Origin: the human T2T-CHM13v2.0 reference genome, Homo sapiens
Reading direction: 5' to 3' (one strand)
NCBI RefSeq assembly: GCF_009914755.1
Contig: NC_060941.1
DNA: 64,000 bases
Shown piece by piece: positions 59,912-64,000 of this stretch. The notes beneath the pieces are model-generated. The model worked only from the letters and a program-made list of their open reading frames with translations. It made no database searches and had not been told where the DNA came from. The first letter of the stretch is position 1; every line of letters begins with the position of its first letter. A program made the position numbers and the translations under genes.

Positions 59912-60309
59912 AAGTTTTCCCTGCAGCACGTCTTCAGTCCTGACATAGGCCCAGATGGGTACAGACACTTGGGGAATTGAGTGTCGCTACTGCAGATGCT
60001 AAGAGTACCCAAAGGCCAGTCCTGGCCCAAATAAAAACTCTGCATCACTCTGTTACAGTAAAATCTTTGTAGTTGTTTGCAAAGTGTCTATTCCCATCAT
60101 GGAAGGGATTTTTACTGGGGACAGTTGGCACTTTATCTTGGCCTCCCAGAGATTCTGACTCTAAACCGAGAATGCCAAACGATGTATCTGATGCCTCCAC
60201 CAATATCTCAGGAGGAGAATACGTGAGTTTGGGAACCAGGTAGGTTGTATAACCTCCAAAACAAGGTTTCCAAGTGGAGGCTTTCTCCCCTGTCTTCTGG
60301 ACAGTCTTA

Positions 60310-61000
60310 AGATATTTTAAAAAATTATCTAGGTATAACTGACATATAATAAGCTGCACATAAAGCATATAATTTGATGAATTTTGACATAGGTCTATAG
60401 CAATAAAACCATCACTACAACCAAGATAGTGAACAGATCCATCTCCTGCAAAGTTTCCTCATACTCCTTGGTAATCCCTCCCTATCTCTCCAACACCCTT
60501 CTCCCCAGGTAACCACTGATCCACTTTCTATTAGTTTGCATTGTTTGGAGTTTTGTGTAAATGGATTCATATAATACGTACTCTTTTTTGGTTCACTTTT
60601 TTCGCTAAACATTTTGAGATTCATCTATGTCATTGAATGATCAATAGCTTATTTCTTTTTATTGCTGAATAGTAGTCTGCTGTTTGTATATGCCACAATT
60701 TGTATAGTCATTCTTCTGTTGATAGACACTTGGTTTATTTCTGGTTAATTTGATCAAGTTGGGGTAATAGTTCAAGTTTACTGTATCTTTTCTGATTTTC
60801 TGTCTACATGATTTATCAATTATTGAAAGAGAAGTATTAAAGTCTCTGGCAACAGTTGTAATTTGTCTATTTCTCTTTGCAGTTCTGTCAGATTTTGCTT
60901 CATCTATTTTGAAGCTCTGTTATTAGGAGCACATATGTTTAGAATTGTTATGTCCTCCTGATTAGTAGATCCCTTTGTCCTTAAGAAATGTTCTTGTTTA
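60310..61000 (-). mobile_element. Old L1M(C/E) fragments
   Basis: ccccaggtaaccactgat...ttttgagattcatctatgt...tattttgaagctctgttattagg. Confidence 0.75.
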
Positions 61001-62033
61001 TGCCTAATTCATGGCCCACAAGGCAACATTCTTATTGCTTAAGTTTAATTTCACCAATTAAGACTGGGGACTCAAGTGAATTCAATGCATTGTAGGAGGC
61101 CAAGCCACACTCATGCCTGGCTCACCTTGATGGGCTGTGCACTACACCATATCTAGTTTCCTTCCTGTTTCCCCACTTCGGAGGGGCTTAATGGAAGCCA
61201 GATCCCAGATGGGGAAGGATTCGGGTTAGAGGTACAGGACATGGAATATCTTGGCTTATTACTGGGCATGCACCTCAACGTGGTGACATATGAAGACCCA
61301 GAAGTGGCAGAAAGGTCAAAGTGACTTTGTCTAGACTCTACATTTATTTTTAAGACAATTTTGGAACCAGAGACCAGACTGTTCAGTGTGTTCTGAGGTG
61401 GTGTTAAAAGAATCTACTGTACAGGGGCGACATCCTAGGTTTACAGTTTCCTGACTAATTCCATCATAAACTTAATTGCCTTTTCTTTGGCTTTGAAGCC
61501 CGAAGACTCCCTTGGCACAGGGTTTCCTCCCCGTATACCCAGACTCCTGGCAGGAAGTAATGACTGAATATCCAAGTGCCAGGACTCCTTGACTCACTCT
61601 CCAAACGGTGACTTCTGCCTGGCCCAAGACCTGGACTCTCCCTCTTCAGGAGATGATGTCAGAGAGAAGCCGCTTTGCCAGCAACCCACTGGAGGCTTTA
61701 GAAGCAAATGCCCAGGAATCACTACTTCCAACCTCTGTCTTAAATGCTGTCCCAAGCACTGAAACTTGCAGCTTATCATCTTATCCCCACGAACGCAGCC
61801 TCTACATAGTAGGAGCTCTGCCAGCTCTGCCAGATGCTTTAGGTGCATTGTCTAGACTTCATTTCATTCTTACTGCAACCCTCGGAGCCAGGTGATAGTG
61901 TGCCCATTTTATAGAGAGAACATTGAGGGCCTCGGTGATGGTAACAAAGTTGTGCAAAGATACCCAGCTAGGAGGTACAGAGCCAGTTAACTGACTGTAA
62001 ATACAGAACTGGTCCCATTACTCTACACAAATC

Positions 62034-62299
62034 TGTATTAGTTTCCTCGGGCCACCATAAGACATTACTACCAAGTTGGAAGCTCAAGGCAATAGGAATT
62101 TACTTGCTCACAGTTCTGGAGGCCAGAAGTCCAAAGTCAAGGTGTTGGCAAGGTAGGTTCCTTCTGGAGAGTCTGTGAGAGAAGCTGTTCCATGACTCTC
62201 TGCAAGCGTCTGGTGGCTGCTGGGAACCCTTGGCATTCGTTGGCTTGTAGATGCATCACTAGTCTCTGCCTCAGTCTTCACATGGGTTTTTACATGACT

Positions 62300-62300
<1 letters not shown>
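62034..62300 (-). mobile_element. MLT1-type LTR fragment, preceded by MIR (~61800-62020)
   Basis: tgtattagtttcct...ctcacagttctggaggccagaagtcc...caaggtgttggca. Confidence 0.8.
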
Positions 62301-63400
<1,100 letters not shown>

Positions 63401-63449
63401 GCTGTGCGTGGCCTTCTTTTGATAATAGTGAAGTAAGTTGGACAGTTGG

Positions 63450-64000
63450 AAGCACTGTAGGAAAGGTAACCTAAGTTAAAAGAGGATTTAGAGTCAGGGG
63501 CTTCTGGGCTGAGTCTTGGGGCAATCAACTCCAGCTTTCTACACTTGAGCTTCCTCATCTATAAAATGAGGACAGTAATGATGTGCACCTTGTGGGGTTT
63601 CTTGTAAGAGGTAAATGTTTGTAAAGGGCTTAGCCCCATGCCTGGCACCTAGTCCAATTAATATTAGTCATGAAAAAATATTATTGATATGATGGCTTCC
63701 ATCTCACTGTGAATAAAACCCAAAGTCCTTGCCATGGTCAACAAGACCTTCCATTTATGGTCTCATCCTACCCCCACCCATCTTTCTGATCTCATCCTAC
63801 CCTCACTCATCTTTTCTCTGCATTTTAGCTGCTCTAACCTCATGGTGTTTCCTGCCCAAGACCTTTGTGTTTGCAGTTCTTTCTGCATGGCCTGCTCTTC
63901 CCTGCATTTGCTACTCACTGTGTTCTGGACTCTCTTTAAAAGTCATCTTATTCGAGACCTTCACTGATATTTTTATTTAAAATACCACCTCCTGCCTTCC
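63450..64000 (+). mobile_element. MIR (~63450-63670) followed by L2 (~63690-64000)
   Basis: ttcctcatctataaaatgagg...gcctggcac; L2-like aataaaacccaaagtcctt...ctttgtgtttgcagttc. Confidence 0.7.

Overview
Primate, almost certainly human, genomic DNA. The first ~5.8 kb hold the last two coding exons and 3' end of RGS9 on the + strand. These exons encode the C-terminus specific to the long RGS9-2 isoform, ending in the PDE-gamma-like ...EVICPWESL*; the poly(A) signal is at 5727. The remaining ~58 kb is non-coding, repeat-dense DNA downstream of RGS9 (from recall, human 17q24.1, toward AXIN2). It contains ~30 Alus, decayed L1/L2/MIR pieces, DNA-transposon relics and many solo LTRs (MER41B, MER11, LTR8, MER34-like, THE1/MST/MLT1). 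I see no new protein-coding system: apart from the RGS9 exons, the ORF track is repeat-derived or random. The most notable unannotated-looking signals are: a retroposed 5' half of tRNA-Cys in the last RGS9 intron; a 3'UTR-only processed retrocopy with TSDs; a local family of 3-4 direct and inverted copies of a ~60-80 bp element at 55-58 kb; a TCF/LEF plus Helper-site cluster (candidate Wnt enhancer); a CRX/NRL motif cluster; two template-switch palindromes; and two possible routes to RGS9 isoforms lacking the CPWE motif. Repeat subfamily names come from recall of consensus sequences, not a search, and boundaries without stated TSDs are approximate.
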